Below, piece after piece: positions 63,149 to 64,000 of a stretch of DNA of 64,000 bases (its first letter is position 1; every line of letters begins with the position of its first letter). A model generated the notes under the pieces. That model was not told the DNA's origin and did not search any database. It was given only the letters and a program-made list of their open reading frames with translations. The translations under genes were made by a program, and so were the position numbers. Source of the stretch: Dehalococcoidia bacterium (GTDB lineage Bacteria; Chloroflexota; Dehalococcoidia; Lucifugimonadales; G965248475). The stretch is taken from assembly GCA_965248475.1 (NCBI GenBank), contig OZ252106.1, positions 1,775,640 through 1,839,639 on the forward strand, given 5' to 3'.

Positions 63149-64000
63149 CTATCTCACGGCCAGGCTCGCAGCGCCCACCTGGATGCTAAGGTCTATCCTG
63201 CGGTCTGCGGTATCGTAGTCTAGCGACTGATAAGCGCCACCCGTCCTGGCAAACCGTTCCGGGTCAACGTTGACGTCTGCCAGGGCAGCGTCAACGTCTA
63301 TGCGAGCGGCCACGCCCTCCGGCACTGTCACCGTCAGGTCGGCAGCGCCAGCGAGTATGGTAACCGAGGCGAACTCCATGACGTCAGGAAGGGTGATTGT
63401 GGCGTCGATGGCACCCAGGTTCATACGGATATCTTCAGCAAGCAGACCCGTCAGGTCTATGTCTGCATCGCTGGCGCCGGAGTTCAGCTCCAGCTCTATT
63501 GGAATATCCTGGGCTAGCTGGATGTCCCACACCCGCTCGGTTCCGCCAAAGAAAAAGGGCGGCGAAGTATTCGTAGACTCGATAAGTAGCTCGACCCTGT
63601 CTCCGATCCTGTCTATGGAGTAGGATGCGCCTGCCGATTCGCCGGAGCCCCGAAATAGGCCGTGGACCAGGTCAGGCGAACCCGCAGGCAGAGCCGATAG
63701 GTTTATCTGTCCGGCACCGAAGTTGATCCGGACGTGCAGACTGGCAGCACCATCCAGGGGTTCACGCAGCTCAGATGTAGTGGAACGAGTATCTTGGTCA
63801 GGTGCCAGCAGGGCTGCACCGCCGACAGCACCCAGGAGGAGCAGTGCCGTAACAGCCGACGCAAGCAGTGGGGCCCGTCGTCCAAGCAGCAGGACAACAC
63901 CCGCGATGATGAATACAACGGGCCAGAACCGCCAGAGGTTCCACCAGGCGGCCCAGGTAACGACTCCCAGCGACTGGAGCAGCAGAAGGCCGCCCAGTAT
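63149..64000 (-). CDS. LiaF/DUF2154-like (toastrack) membrane protein, 5' end outside window
   Basis: The frame is open to the window end (own translation of 63533-64000: TM segments then GAGQINLSALP...). The C-terminal repetitive beta pattern (ADIDL, ATITLP, ADLTVTVP, ARIDVD) is toastrack-like. Confidence 0.55.
   Translation of the reverse strand: MLGGLLLLQSLGVVTWAAWWNLWRFWPVVFIIAGVVLLLGRRAPLLASAVTALLLLGAVGGAALLAPDQDTRSTTSELREPLDGAASLHVRINFGAGQINLSALPAGSPDLVHGLFRGSGESAGASYSIDRIGDRVELLIESTNTSPPFFFGGTERVWDIQLAQDIPIELELNSGASDADIDLTGLLAEDIRMNLGAIDATITLPDVMEFASVTILAGAADLTVTVPEGVAARIDVDAALADVNVDPERFARTGGAYQSLDYDTADRRIDLSIQVGAASLAVR

Overview
High-GC bacterial chromosomal segment, probably Chloroflexota-like. 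That placement is an inference from a giant Chlor_Arch_YYY/DUF2298 membrane protein, a DUF5679 zinc-ribbon gene, several CaiB/BaiF CoA-transferases and a nusA-ylxR-infB-rbfA-truB block. Housekeeping and metabolic genes (eno, gap, pheA, K+ uptake genes, recF, hpt, purH, tilS and others) look intact. Four accessory layers interrupt them. (1) A roughly 9.7 kb island (about 35.15-44.86 kb) holds an orphan phage-like structural module with a frameshifted HK97-like capsid gene. It also holds hicBA, a MazF-like toxin with an unusual HTH partner, two unknown membrane proteins, and a frameshifted TIR-like (DUF1863) gene coupled to a multi-TM protein. (2) Two paralogous RAYT-like HUH/Y1 transposase genes bracket a two-gene hydrolase cassette. 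Each is flanked by GGGCGGGTTTGAAACCCGCCC palindromes and carries a full copy inside its own coding sequence. (3) At least six families of short palindromic (REP/MITE-like) repeats are dispersed through intergenic DNA. These include a nested mosaic element whose 79-nt core is near-identical at two loci 35 kb apart. (4) A translationally coupled nuclease pair: DUF2779 (Cas4-like plus DEDD-like exonuclease) with a PD-(D/E)XK-like unknown protein. I found no rRNA, tRNA or CRISPR array. Several reading-frame disruptions, three of them at or next to homopolymer runs, cluster in accessory DNA. They could be genuine decay, phase variation or assembly error. All family assignments come from motif recognition by eye, and no searches were run.
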